Assembly: GCA_017609405.1 (NCBI GenBank) | Contig: JAFCDZ010000004.1 | Coordinates: forward strand, 1-52,638 | Source of the DNA: Candidatus Pacearchaeota archaeon | GTDB taxonomy: Archaea > Nanobdellota > Nanobdellia > Pacearchaeales > GW2011-AR1 | Reading direction: 5' to 3' | DNA length: 52,638 nucleotides | Shown: piece after piece, positions 22,581-32,400 of the stretch | Layout of the letters: each line of letters starts with the position of its first letter | How positions within the stretch are numbered: the first letter of the stretch is position 1 | Program-made: the position numbers and the translations under genes | The notes under the pieces: model-generated | Seen by the model: the letters and a program-made list of their open reading frames with translations, nothing else | What the model was told of the DNA's origin: nothing | Database searches by the model: none

Positions 22581-23657
22581 ATGAAAGAAAGGATTGCAGG
22601 GATTTCTGTTTTAGCAAATTTTATACTTGCTGTTTCAAAAGTCTTAATAGGAATTATAACTAATTCAGCATCTGTTTTAGCAGAAGGAGTTCATTCAGGA
22701 ATGGATATCTTTTCTTCTGCAATTAGTTTAATTGGAATTAAAATCTCTAAAAAACCTGTTGACGAGAGACACCCTTATGGATATTATAAATTTGAGGTCT
22801 TATCTGGATTGGTTATAACTATCATTTTATTTGCAACAGGTCTTGGAATTATTTACGAAGCATATCAAAATTTTCTATCTCCATCTGTTGTTAGTGTAGG
22901 CTCTTTAAGTTTAGGGGTTATGATTTTTTCAGCAATTGTTAATGAGACAATGGCAAGATTGAAAATTTATTATGGTAAAAAAGAGAATTCTGTAAGTTTA
23001 TTGTCAGATGGAGTTCATTCAAGAGTTGATGTTTATACTTCTATTGCAGTTTTGTTAGGCTTACTTATCACTCCTTATTGGAATTATGCTGATTCAATTA
23101 TGGCTTTATTAATTGGATTGTATATTATAAAAGAATCATTTGAGATTGGGAAAGAGGCAACAGACTCTTTATTAGATGTTTCTGCAGGAGAAGAAGTTGA
23201 GAATAAAATAAAAAAGATTGTGAAAGATGAAAAAATTGAATTAGAGGAGCTTAAAACCCAGAAAAAAGGTTCAGTTATTACTGCAAATCTTGTGATTAAG
23301 CTTCCAAGTAATTTAAGTGTAGAAAAAGCTACTAAAATTTCAAATGCTCTCAAAGAAAAATTAATGGAGAAAATTGATGGATTAGGGTATGTTGCAATTC
23401 AAATTAAAAGTCATGAGGTTATTGATAGTTCTTTTGCTCCTCTTGAAGTTTCAAGTATTGGAGGATTTGGTTTTGGAAGAGGTTTTGGATGGCAAAGAAG
23501 GGGAAAAATGAAAACTCAAATTCCAGAAGCAGTTGGAGCAGGTCCTGGAGGATATTGTGTTTGTGAAAATTGCGGTTACAAGGTTAAGCATCAGAGAGGG
23601 GTTCCATGCTCAACCTTAAAATGTCCTAAATGCGGAGGAAAAATGAGGAGAGAATGA
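22581..23657 (+). CDS. cation diffusion facilitator (CDF) transporter with an extra Gly/Arg-rich and Cys4 zinc-ribbon tail
   Basis: 358 aa with a six-TM CDF core (HSGMDIFSS, LSDGVHSRVD) and a cytoplasmic domain. The tail is GGFGFGRGFGWQRRGK...GGYCVCENCGYKVKHQRGVPCSTLKCPKCGG. Confidence 0.85.
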   Translation: MKERIAGISVLANFILAVSKVLIGIITNSASVLAEGVHSGMDIFSSAISLIGIKISKKPVDERHPYGYYKFEVLSGLVITIILFATGLGIIYEAYQNFLSPSVVSVGSLSLGVMIFSAIVNETMARLKIYYGKKENSVSLLSDGVHSRVDVYTSIAVLLGLLITPYWNYADSIMALLIGLYIIKESFEIGKEATDSLLDVSAGEEVENKIKKIVKDEKIELEELKTQKKGSVITANLVIKLPSNLSVEKATKISNALKEKLMEKIDGLGYVAIQIKSHEVIDSSFAPLEVSSIGGFGFGRGFGWQRRGKMKTQIPEAVGAGPGGYCVCENCGYKVKHQRGVPCSTLKCPKCGGKMRRE

Positions 23658-24076
23658 CCCAAAACCAAATTAAATATTCCTTAATAAAAACAAGTCGCCA
23701 ATTGTGGAGAGTCTTACCGATTCTTTTGGGAACTATTTTGCTAGTTAGTTTGGTCAATGTCCTTGTTCCCAAAGAATTCTTTTTAAGATTATTCTCTGGA
23801 AGTTCTATTTTAGATCCTATTCTTGGTGCTTTGATTGGAAGTATTTTAGCTGGGAATCCTATTACTAGTTATATTCTTGGAGGAGAGTTTTTGAAACAAG
23901 GAATAAGCTTAATTGCTGTTACATCTTTTATTGTTGCATGGGTAACTGTTGGGATTATTCAACTTCCAGCAGAATCAATGTTATTAGGAAAAAAATTCGC
24001 AGTTATAAGAAATGTTGTTAGTTTTGTTTTATCAATTATCATAGCAGTTGTTTTATATTTGATTATGTTTGTTTAA
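23654..24076 (+). CDS. permease half (4 TM)
   Basis: 140 aa from the ATG at 23654, which overlaps the CDF stop (ATGA). All hydrophobic helices. Confidence 0.65.
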   Translation: MTQNQIKYSLIKTSRQLWRVLPILLGTILLVSLVNVLVPKEFFLRLFSGSSILDPILGALIGSILAGNPITSYILGGEFLKQGISLIAVTSFIVAWVTVGIIQLPAESMLLGKKFAVIRNVVSFVLSIIIAVVLYLIMFV

Positions 24077-24077
24077 A

Positions 24078-24581
24078 ATGGCATCAGAAAAATCACCAAC
24101 AGGATGGTATTATTTTTTTGTAGTTGTGCTTGCATATCTTTTGTTATTCTTTCTTAATCCAGAAAAGTTTTTCTTAGTTTGGAATTTTTTTATTGGAATT
24201 ATTGTTAAAATTATTCCTGTTTTTATTCTTGTTTTTATTTTAATGTTTTTGTCTGATTATTTTATTCATCCTAAGAAATTAGTTAAACACTTGAGGGGGA
24301 ATAAAATAAAAACTTGGGCTTTAGTCATAGTTGGAGGAGTTCTATCTTCTGGACCAATTTATATGTGGTATCCTTTATTAGCAGATTTGAAAAGAAAAGG
24401 ATTGAAACCATCTTTTATTGCAGCTTTTCTTTATAATAGAGCGATTAAACTTCCTCTTTTGCCGTTGATGATTTTTTATTTTGGAGTTAAATATGTTGCT
24501 TTACTCTCTTTTTTAATGATAATCTTCTCTATCTTAGATGGAGTTTTAGTAGAAAAAATTTTGGAGGTTTTTGAAAAATGA
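24078..24581 (+). CDS. permease half (4-5 TM)
   Basis: 167 aa from the ATG at 24078 (the track used TTG at 24069). It starts immediately after the previous permease half. Confidence 0.65.
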   Translation: MASEKSPTGWYYFFVVVLAYLLLFFLNPEKFFLVWNFFIGIIVKIIPVFILVFILMFLSDYFIHPKKLVKHLRGNKIKTWALVIVGGVLSSGPIYMWYPLLADLKRKGLKPSFIAAFLYNRAIKLPLLPLMIFYFGVKYVALLSFLMIIFSILDGVLVEKILEVFEK

Positions 24582-24877
24582 GAATTGCAATTGCATCTGA
24601 AGGAAAGGATGAAAATTCAGAAATTAGTCTTAGAGGGGGGAGAGCCTCTTTTTATTTAATTTTTGAAGACGGAGAATTAATAGAAGCAATAAAAAACCCT
24701 TTTGCTGTTGGAGGTGGTGGAGCTGGTTTTAGTGTAGCATATATGTTAGCAGATAAAGATGTGGAATTGGTAATTGCTGGAAGAATTGGTCCAAATATGG
24801 CTGCAGCATTAAGAGAAAGGGGCTTGGATTTTAAAGAGATGCAGGGAAAAGTTTATGAAGTTATTAAATCCCTTTAA
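24578..24877 (+). CDS. NifB/NifX-type (dinitrogenase FeMo-cofactor-binding fold) small protein
   Basis: 99 aa. MRIAIAS.G......HFG-like start, GGGGAG and VELVIAGRIGPNMAAAL match the family pattern from memory. Confidence 0.7.
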   Translation: MRIAIASEGKDENSEISLRGGRASFYLIFEDGELIEAIKNPFAVGGGGAGFSVAYMLADKDVELVIAGRIGPNMAAALRERGLDFKEMQGKVYEVIKSL

Positions 24878-24884
24878 TTTTAAG

Positions 24885-25166
24885 ATGCCACGACCATTTA
24901 GAAGAAGGAGAATTTGTGGAAGACCGAATGTTTGTTTTTTTAAACCTGCTGGAATTAGATTAAGAGATTTGGGAATGGTTTCTTTATCTATAGATGAGTT
25001 TGAAGCATTGAGATTAGTTGATTATGAGAATATTCCTCAAGAAGAAGCAGCAAAAAAGATGAAGATTTCTCAGCCCACTCTTTCAAGAATTTTATCTTCT
25101 GCTAGAAAAAAGCTTGCTGAGGCAATAATTGAAGGAAGAGCAATAAGAATTGAAGAAGAATATTAA
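24885..25166 (+). CDS. DUF134 (UPF0251) HTH protein
   Basis: 93 aa from the ATG at 24885. It shows MPRPFRRRRICGRPNVCFFKPAG...EFEALRLVDYE...QEEAAKKMKISQPTLSRIL. Confidence 0.8.
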   Translation: MPRPFRRRRICGRPNVCFFKPAGIRLRDLGMVSLSIDEFEALRLVDYENIPQEEAAKKMKISQPTLSRILSSARKKLAEAIIEGRAIRIEEEY

Positions 25167-25178
25167 AAAAATAAAAAA

Positions 25179-25490
25179 TTAATCAAGTTCTTTTAGCCTC
25201 TTCTTAAGATTTTTTAGCTCTTCTTCAAGAGCTTCAATCTCTTCTTGGACAAGTTCCTTTTCTTCTTCTTTGCTTATCCTTGCTGAAGGGGTTCCTTGGA
25301 CTCTTTGAGAATTTGCTCTCCAGCCAAAAAACCTCCAACCAAACCCAGCACCCTTTCTCCATCCAAAACCTCTTCCTCTTCCAGGAATACCTTTTGTATA
25401 GCCAGGGCTATTGTATCCTGCACAGAATCCAAGGCCTCTTCCAGTCATAGGTCCTTGCCCATTTGGTCCAGTTCCGTCTCCGAATGGCAT
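25179..25490 (-). CDS. DUF5320-like Gly/Arg-rich protein with C-terminal coiled coil
   Basis: 103 aa. It shows MPFGDGTGPNGQGPMTGRGLGFCAG, GRGRGFGWRKGAGFGWR, then EEEKELVQEEIEALEEELKNLKKRL. Confidence 0.7.
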   Translation of the reverse strand: MPFGDGTGPNGQGPMTGRGLGFCAGYNSPGYTKGIPGRGRGFGWRKGAGFGWRFFGWRANSQRVQGTPSARISKEEEKELVQEEIEALEEELKNLKKRLKELD

Positions 25491-25620
25491 TTTACCTCCA
25501 AATTTAGTTATGAATATATATTCATAATACTATTTAAATCTTTCGATTCCTAAAATAAATTATCAAAAGGTATATAAATAAGATTCTTATTTAATAATCA
25601 ATTAAATATATGGAGGAGTT

Positions 25621-25785
25621 ATGGGAGAAGAAACTGCAAAAGATAACTGCATCTTTCCAAAATGTCCTAAATGTGGGAAAGGGTATCTATTACCTTTTTC
25701 ATATAAAGAGGATGTTTTTGAGAAGTGGAAGTGCAGTAATGATGAGTGCGGATATACTGTTCAAAAAAGAGAAAGAAGAAATTAG
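25621..25785 (+). CDS. 54-aa zinc-ribbon protein
   Basis: Not in the track. MGEETAKDNCIFPKCPKCGKGYLLPFSYKEDVFEKWKCSNDECGYTVQKRERRN. GGAGG lies 5 nt upstream and a TATA-like TATATAAATA at 25571-25580. I prefer it over the overlapping track ORF 25610..25807. Confidence 0.5.
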   Translation: MGEETAKDNCIFPKCPKCGKGYLLPFSYKEDVFEKWKCSNDECGYTVQKRERRN

Positions 25786-26399
25786 ATTAGAGGTATTTTT
25801 ATTCTAAATTTATCAATTAGAAATTTATAGACCATAAATATAGCTGTAAGTATAAAAAGATATATAACAAATTTATATTTTTCTTTATGGAGAAGGTACT
25901 TTTTTCTTCTTTGGTTTTTCATCTTAATTAAATCAATTATCTCATCTCCAAAATATAATGATAAAAAAGTTCCAATTGCAGAAAGAATTATTATGCTCCA
26001 AAAAGGAATTGGATTTAGTAGTATATGCTTAAAAAGAATCAACAAAAAGGTTTTTTCATATATCCAGGGATATCTTATAATTACAAAAATATTTGAGGAT
26101 ATCGCAATAATCCATACAAAAATTTCAGAATATATCATTCTTATTTTTGCAATCATTCTTAAAGGAAAATCAAGAAGAATTCCTGCATCTGCAATAGGAG
26201 TGCATAATACAAAAAAAGACCAAGTTAAAAAACTAACAAGAATTCCATTATCAAGCCCAAATTTAAAAATTGAGATTATAGAATAAATTATAACAACCAA
26301 AAAAACTCCAAGAAATTTTACAAGAGGATGAGAGTGTTTATGAATCTTTAAACTTCTTATTAGTTTTTTATTATTTATTTCTTCCCCTCTTTTTTTCAT
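25782..26399 (-). CDS. multi-pass membrane protein
   Basis: 205 aa with about 6 hydrophobic helices. No recognisable motif. Confidence 0.6.
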   Translation of the reverse strand: MKKRGEEINNKKLIRSLKIHKHSHPLVKFLGVFLVVIIYSIISIFKFGLDNGILVSFLTWSFFVLCTPIADAGILLDFPLRMIAKIRMIYSEIFVWIIAISSNIFVIIRYPWIYEKTFLLILFKHILLNPIPFWSIIILSAIGTFLSLYFGDEIIDLIKMKNQRRKKYLLHKEKYKFVIYLFILTAIFMVYKFLIDKFRIKIPLI

Positions 26400-26450
26400 A
26401 TTTTAAAAAAGTTTTTTTATTTTATAAGTTTTGTGAAACCCTTCTAAAAC

Positions 26451-26686
26451 TTCGAATCCAAATGCCCGAACCAGGATTCGGGCCTCATATCAAAGATATT
26501 CGACCTGCTTCGCCCAAGCGTGGTAAGCAGGCCTCACAAAGTTCGACCTGATACGCTTACTCACTTCGTTCGTAATCAAATTAGGCCTCACCAAAGCACT
26601 GAAGCTCGACCTGATACGCTTACTCACTTCGTTCGTAATCATATCAAACCTAAAGGTTCGAATCCAAATGCCCGAACCAGGATTCG
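26451..26686. repeat. 30-bp perfect direct repeat pair duplicating the 3' end of tRNA-Arg plus its flank
   Basis: TTCGAATCCAAATGCCCGAACCAGGATTCG at 26451-26480 and 26657-26686 (30/30). The second copy covers the last 18 nt of the tRNA plus 12 nt of trailer. Confidence 0.95.
26543..26641. repeat. 36-bp perfect tandem-type direct repeat (period 63) between the two tRNA-end copies
   Basis: TCGACCTGATACGCTTACTCACTTCGTTCGTAATCA at 26543-26578 and 26606-26641. A third, diverged unit at 26499-26540 starts with the same TCGACCTG. All units recall the T-arm CAGGTTCGAA read on the tRNA strand. Confidence 0.9.
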
Positions 26687-26757
26687 AACCTGGATTCCAA
26701 CCTGTTTGCAGAGCAAACTTCCGCAAGGTTGTGTTCTATCCCTTGAACTATTCGGGC
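26669..26757 (-). tRNA. tRNA-Arg (GCG) with a ~17-nt intron at the canonical 37/38 position
   Basis: Hand fold: GCCCGAA-T-A-GTTC-AAGGGATA-GAAC-A-CAACC-TTGCGG[AAGTTTGCTCTGCAAAC]A-GGTTG-GAAT-CCAGG-TTCGAAT-CCTGG-TTCGGGC-A. The intron forms GTTTGC-TCT-GCAAAC. A TATA-like TTTATAAAG lies about 25 nt upstream. Confidence 0.85.
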
Positions 26758-26922
26758 TTTTGTTAAGTATACTCTTTATAAATTTAAAATCTCTTCTTTT
26801 ATATATTTTAATTAGAAAAACTATTATTAGCATTATATCACTTTTTACACAGAGCCAAACAAACCAAAAACCTTATAAACCAGGGTTATGTTCCAATAAC
26901 ATAAATTCTTAGATATTCTAAA

Positions 26923-27573
26923 ATGGATGAATTAAAAAATAAAATCCTTAAAACAGGAACAACTATTGTAGGTATTGTATGCAAGGATGGAGTTGTGATT
27001 GCATCAGATAGGCAAGTCACTGCTGGGAATATTGTAATGTCAAAAAAAGAAAGAAAAGCTTTCCAGGTAAATGATTATTTAGTAATGGCTGGGACAGGTA
27101 TTGCAGCAGATATACAAAGAGTTCCAAAAATTCTTTCAGCAGAACTTAAACTAAAAGAACTTCGCTCACACTCAAGGCCAAGCGTAAAAGATGCTGCAAG
27201 TTTACTTGGTCATTTATCTTATTCTGGAATAAGACAGCCCTCTATGATACCTCAGCAGGCAGGCTTTTTATTAGCAGGATATAATGAAGATGGAACTACA
27301 GAATTATATTCTATTGAGCCAGCAGGGAGTGTTACAAAAGTAGAAGATTATGATGCTAACTTTGGCTCAGGAATGCCTTTTGTTCTTGGATTTCTTGAAA
27401 GAAATTATAAAAAAGACATAACTCTTAAAGAAGGAATAGAATTAGCAAAAGAAGCAATAAAATCTTCAACTCAAAGAGATGTTGGGTCTGGCTATGGAAT
27501 AGATATTTACACTATCAGCAAGGATGGAATTAAAAAAGTGTTTGAAAAAGAATTTAAAGAATCATTAGACTAA
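26923..27573 (+). CDS. psmB: proteasome subunit beta
   Basis: 216 aa with a short propeptide followed by the catalytic TTIVGIVCKDGVVIASD. Confidence 0.95.
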   Translation: MDELKNKILKTGTTIVGIVCKDGVVIASDRQVTAGNIVMSKKERKAFQVNDYLVMAGTGIAADIQRVPKILSAELKLKELRSHSRPSVKDAASLLGHLSYSGIRQPSMIPQQAGFLLAGYNEDGTTELYSIEPAGSVTKVEDYDANFGSGMPFVLGFLERNYKKDITLKEGIELAKEAIKSSTQRDVGSGYGIDIYTISKDGIKKVFEKEFKESLD

Positions 27574-27587
27574 TTTTGGAGGTTTTT

Positions 27588-29471
27588 ATGGATATACTGA
27601 AGGCAATAACTGATGAATTAAAAGGACAGATTAAGGAAGGAATTTTTGAAGGAGCAAACATAGTTCTTTATACCGATAATGAATATTTCTTTAAGGAAGG
27701 AGAGGGAAAAATAAGAGAGTTAGTCGATAAATTTAAGAAAAGAATTGAGTTGAGGGCTGATCAAAAAATTCTTAAAGATAAAGAGTTTGTTGAAAATGTT
27801 ATAAAGGAAATTGTTCCTCCAGAAGCAGAGGTTTCTAATATTATTTTTGATGTTCAGAGAAGTGTTGTTATAATTGAAGCAAAAAAACCAGGATTAGTGA
27901 TTGGAAAAAAAGGATTGCTATTAGATGAGATAAAAAAGAGGACTCTTTGGGTCCCTGTTGTTAGACGTTCTCCTGCAATTCAAAGCAAGATAACTGAGAA
28001 TATAAGAGCTGTTTTATATGCAAATAATACTTATCGAAGAAGATTCTTAAATAAGGTTGGGACTAAAATTTATTCTAATTGGAGCACTGAAAAATCAAAT
28101 AGTTGGGTGAGAATATCTTTTTTAGGAAGCGGCAGGCAAGTTGGAAGAAGCGCATTGTTACTTCACACACCAAATTCAAAAGTTTTATTGGATTGTGGTA
28201 TTGATGTTGCTGCTCAGGGTTCTGAAAAATTTCCTCAATTAGATGTTCCAGAGTTTGATTTATCTCAATTAGACGCAGTCATTATTTCTCATGCTCATTT
28301 AGACCATGTTGGTCTGTTGCCTTATCTTTACAAAATGGGATATAGGGGGCCAGTTTATATGACTGAGCCAACAAGAGACATTGCTGCATTGATTTCTTTG
28401 GATTTCATAGGTGTAGCATACAAACAAGCAGTGGAGCCTTTGTTTAGTTCAAAAGATGTTAAAGAGATGGTTAAGCACAGTATTTGTTTGAACTATGGTG
28501 AAGTTACTGATATAACTCCTGATATAAGAATTACTTTTTATAATTCAGGCCATGTTCTTGGAAGCGCAATGGTTCATATAAATATTGGAAATGGGGCACA
28601 TAATTTGCTTTATACAGGTGATTATAAATATGGAAGAACTCGCCTTCTTGATCCAGCCCACACGAACTTTCCAAGGTTAGAATCAATTATAACAGAATCA
28701 ACTTATGGAGCAAAAGAAGATGTCCTTCCTTCAAGAAAAGTTTCAGAATCTACATTATTAGAATTAATTAAAAAAACTATTGAAAGAGGTGGGAAAGTTC
28801 TAATTCCTGAATTAGGTCTTGGAAGAGCTCAGGAAACTATGTTAATTATTGAAGACGCTATAAAACAAGGGCTTTTAGATAAGATACCGGTTTATATTGA
28901 TGGAATGATTTGGGATATTAATGCTATTCATACAGCATATCCGGATTTTTTGGGTGGGAATATAAGGTCAAAAATTTTTCAAGATAATAATCCTTTTACT
29001 TCTGATATTTTTAAAAGAGTTGGTTCTCCTCAAGAGAGAAAAGAAGTAATTGAAGGTGGCCCATGCGTTGTTCTCGCAACTTCAGGTATGCTTGTTGGTG
29101 GAGCATCAGTAGAATACTTTCGTGAATTTGCTCCAAACCCAAAAAACAGCATAATTTTTGTTTGTTATCAGGGTGTAGGTTCATTAGGAAGACAAGTTCA
29201 AGAAGGTTTAAAACAGACAAAAATGATTGTTGAGGGTCATGAAGAAACTGTTGATATTAATCTTGAAGTTCATACTATACCTGGATTAACTGCTCATGCA
29301 GGAAGGAATGAGATACTCAACTTCTTTAATAGATTGAAGCCCAAGCCAAAAAGAATAATAATTAATCATGGTGAATTATCAAAAAGTTTAGACTTAGCTT
29401 CAACACTTTATAGGTCCCAAAGAGCTGAAACAAATGTTCCTCGTAATTTAGAAGTTCTTAGATTGAAATAA
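27588..29471 (+). CDS. aCPSF1: KH-domain beta-CASP metallo-beta-lactamase RNase
   Basis: N-terminal KH repeats (VIGKKG), HAHLDHVG and beta-CASP motifs. I prefer the ATG at 27588, preceded by GGAGG. Confidence 0.95.
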   Translation: MDILKAITDELKGQIKEGIFEGANIVLYTDNEYFFKEGEGKIRELVDKFKKRIELRADQKILKDKEFVENVIKEIVPPEAEVSNIIFDVQRSVVIIEAKKPGLVIGKKGLLLDEIKKRTLWVPVVRRSPAIQSKITENIRAVLYANNTYRRRFLNKVGTKIYSNWSTEKSNSWVRISFLGSGRQVGRSALLLHTPNSKVLLDCGIDVAAQGSEKFPQLDVPEFDLSQLDAVIISHAHLDHVGLLPYLYKMGYRGPVYMTEPTRDIAALISLDFIGVAYKQAVEPLFSSKDVKEMVKHSICLNYGEVTDITPDIRITFYNSGHVLGSAMVHINIGNGAHNLLYTGDYKYGRTRLLDPAHTNFPRLESIITESTYGAKEDVLPSRKVSESTLLELIKKTIERGGKVLIPELGLGRAQETMLIIEDAIKQGLLDKIPVYIDGMIWDINAIHTAYPDFLGGNIRSKIFQDNNPFTSDIFKRVGSPQERKEVIEGGPCVVLATSGMLVGGASVEYFREFAPNPKNSIIFVCYQGVGSLGRQVQEGLKQTKMIVEGHEETVDINLEVHTIPGLTAHAGRNEILNFFNRLKPKPKRIIINHGELSKSLDLASTLYRSQRAETNVPRNLEVLRLK

Positions 29472-32400
29472 TTTCTTTGAGTATATTATTATTAATATTG
29501 CTATACTTATGATTAAATTTAATATATTAAATACTGGAAGAATATTGAATTGAGAACAATCAATCATTCTTGTTTCTTTTTCTTCACTTCCGTCAGGGTT
29601 TTGTTTAATGTATGTACAATTGATTATTTTTCCTGCTCCATTCTCACCAGAACAAGAACCATCACAAACAATATAATATAATGAGCCTCTGCTCCTATTG
29701 TCCCAACATTTTTCATTCATCCATACACAATTGCCAAATTTACAACTGTCTTTATTACAATCTTCCTCAGTAGTGTATGACGAGCATCTTAATAATGAGA
29801 GTTCAGAGCATCTTATACCTTTATATGCTTCTTCTTTATATTCTTTGCAAACACCATTTTCGCAATATTTTCCAAATAAAGAGCAAACTTCTCCACATTC
29901 TCCACAGTTTGATTGTTGTATCATTCCAGATACACATTTACTTACATTGTTGTTGAATAATAAACATTCCCCATTTCGATATTCTTGCCAATTTGCATAG
30001 CAGTTTGAATTGCCACTACCTCCTCCTGTGCTACTTCCAGAACCACTTCCTGAGCCCACAATAATTTTAAAAAAGATTCCTTTTATTTCCGATAACATAC
30101 CCTCTTCGGATATACAAGAGATATTAGCATTATACTCTCCAATTTCTAAACTAATGTTTTTTGTGAAACTCTTTCGCGATTCTCTTTCCATTGCTTCTTC
30201 TTCTGAACCATTAATTGATAAATTACATGAGGAGATATTCAAATTTCCACTAATGTTAAACAATACTTCATTGTTAGTTAATTCAGAATTATTATTTGGA
30301 CTTATTAAGGTTATCTCAAAATTTTCTACAGGTGATACTGCAGATACAATTTCAAATTCTTCAATACTGCTCTCAACACTTGTTCCTCTCTCATCATAGC
30401 AAACAACTTTCCATGAATAAATTCCTTCATTATTAAAACTTTCTGAGAACCAGCTAATTAATCCAGAATAACTTTGTTGTTCTCTGTAGAATTTTGGGTC
30501 ATCTTTTGTATCTTTTAATTCCTCATTAATATATATGGAACAATTTTTTATTTTTGTTGAATTATCTTTTATTCCAAAAGTTAATCTAATAATTCCATTT
30601 CCTTTTTCAACTTTTGTTCCATGAATTGGGCTTAAAAGCATTAATTCAAAACCATATCTTATTTTTGCAAGAGGATAATTATCTTTATTATCTACAATAT
30701 TAGAAATTACATATGGAGAATCACAAATTTCATTTCTATCTTTGTCCTCACAGGTGTCTGAAAAACCTGTTCCATCTATTTTTCCCCAATAATTTCCACC
30801 ACTATATTTCCCCCCAATTATATTTTTCACTTTTTGTAGTGTTGTGTTCCATTTATTTATTCCAATTCTTTCATAAACAATATTCTGTGAATTATTGAAT
30901 AAATTATTAAAAATATAATTTTGTCTGGTGTCACTTGTTAAGTGCAATCCTATTTGATTATTAATTATCTTTGAATTTGTTAATATACTATTTTCTATTC
31001 CTTCAAGAACAAGACCTTTATAATTATTTTTTATTGTAATGTTTTTTAAGGTGTATCTTAAGCCCCTCTTGATTTTTATTCCTATATTACTTGAATGAGT
31101 TATCACTCTTTCTAATTCTGCTCCAATACATTCATAAAGAGATATAGCACCCTCACTGCTCCCCCTTAATGAGATGTTTATATCTCTTATTTTTAATGCT
31201 CCAATATTATGAGCATAGATATTACTATCTTTTGCTTTAACTTTTGTTATATTTACACTTCTTCCAGAATCAAGAACAATTATTTTTCCAATTTCATTTT
31301 TTGAAGAAATGTTTTGAATATTCAAAAAATCTGTACTATGTCCATAAATTCCTTTATCGAAATGTTCAAATGAACAATTTCTTATTCTTACTTTAGAAAC
31401 ATCATAAATATAAATTCCGTAACCAATGTTTTTGAAATTACAATTTTTTATTGTTATATTTCTCTGGCTAATTAAAGAAATTCCTTTTTTTCCAAAATTA
31501 TATCCATCACCAATTATCCAATTTCCTCTACAATCAAGAGTGATGTTGTCTGTTTGTATTTTAATACAATCATCATTCAGAGTGATGTTATTGGTTAAAT
31601 AATATTCTTTATTAGAGTAAATTATTCTTCTACAATAATTTATTGTTGGTTCTTGAGCTTCTACTCTAAATTGTTCTTCAGAAGAATTAAGAATTTTAAT
31701 ATTAAGAGTAGTTGTGTTTTTATTTCCTACATAATCTTCTGCAGTAATGTTGAGTGAGTAATTTCCTGCTATTAATTTACTTTTGTTTATCAAAAAGTTG
31801 TCTAAATCTATTTCAAATATTGTGGTATCATTTAATTCAAAACTCTTTATTCCTGATTTATCTGTTGCATTTATATAATATCTTAATGATTGGTTATCCC
31901 ATATCTCTAAACTCCTATTTATGTTGAATTTTGGTGGGGTTGTATCAAGTGCGAAACTTATACTGCTTTGATTCATATTTCCTGCAGAATCATTTGCATA
32001 GAAAATATATGTATAATGTCCCTCATTAATATTAATATAATGTGGAGAGGTATAAGTAATATTATTTGTTCCATTATAATACCATAAAGTATCAATTTTA
32101 GATAAATCGCTCGCTGTGAAATTAATCAAGATTTCTGAAGATTTGTAGGTTATATTTTTCGGCGAATAAACTACTAATATTGGGATTGTTGTGTCTTTAG
32201 TAAATACAACTTTTGAATAATTTTCATTTCCAATTGTATCATTTGCCCAAACAATCCAGGTATTTTTTCCTTCATTTGAGGTTAAACCAGTAATATTCTG
32301 ACCACAAGTAATTGTTGTATTTGTTATTCCTAAATCAGTTGAGTACCAGCAAGTATCAAGTCCTATATCATCTCTTGCGGTATAATTTAATTCTACTACA

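Noticed and set aside
25610-25807. Track ORF 25610..25807 (+, 65 aa).
   Set aside because: The overlapping frame starting at 25621 encodes a clean C-x2-C...C-x4-C zinc ribbon with a better-placed GGAGG, whereas the track frame gives a featureless sequence.
26481-26656. The tRNA-Arg trailer repeats as C/D-box sRNAs or as split-tRNA half genes (as in Nanoarchaeum).
   Set aside because: No RUGAUGA / CUGA box pairs are present in either orientation. The fragments reproduce only T-arm/acceptor 3' sequence, with no matching 5' half or complementary leader in the window.
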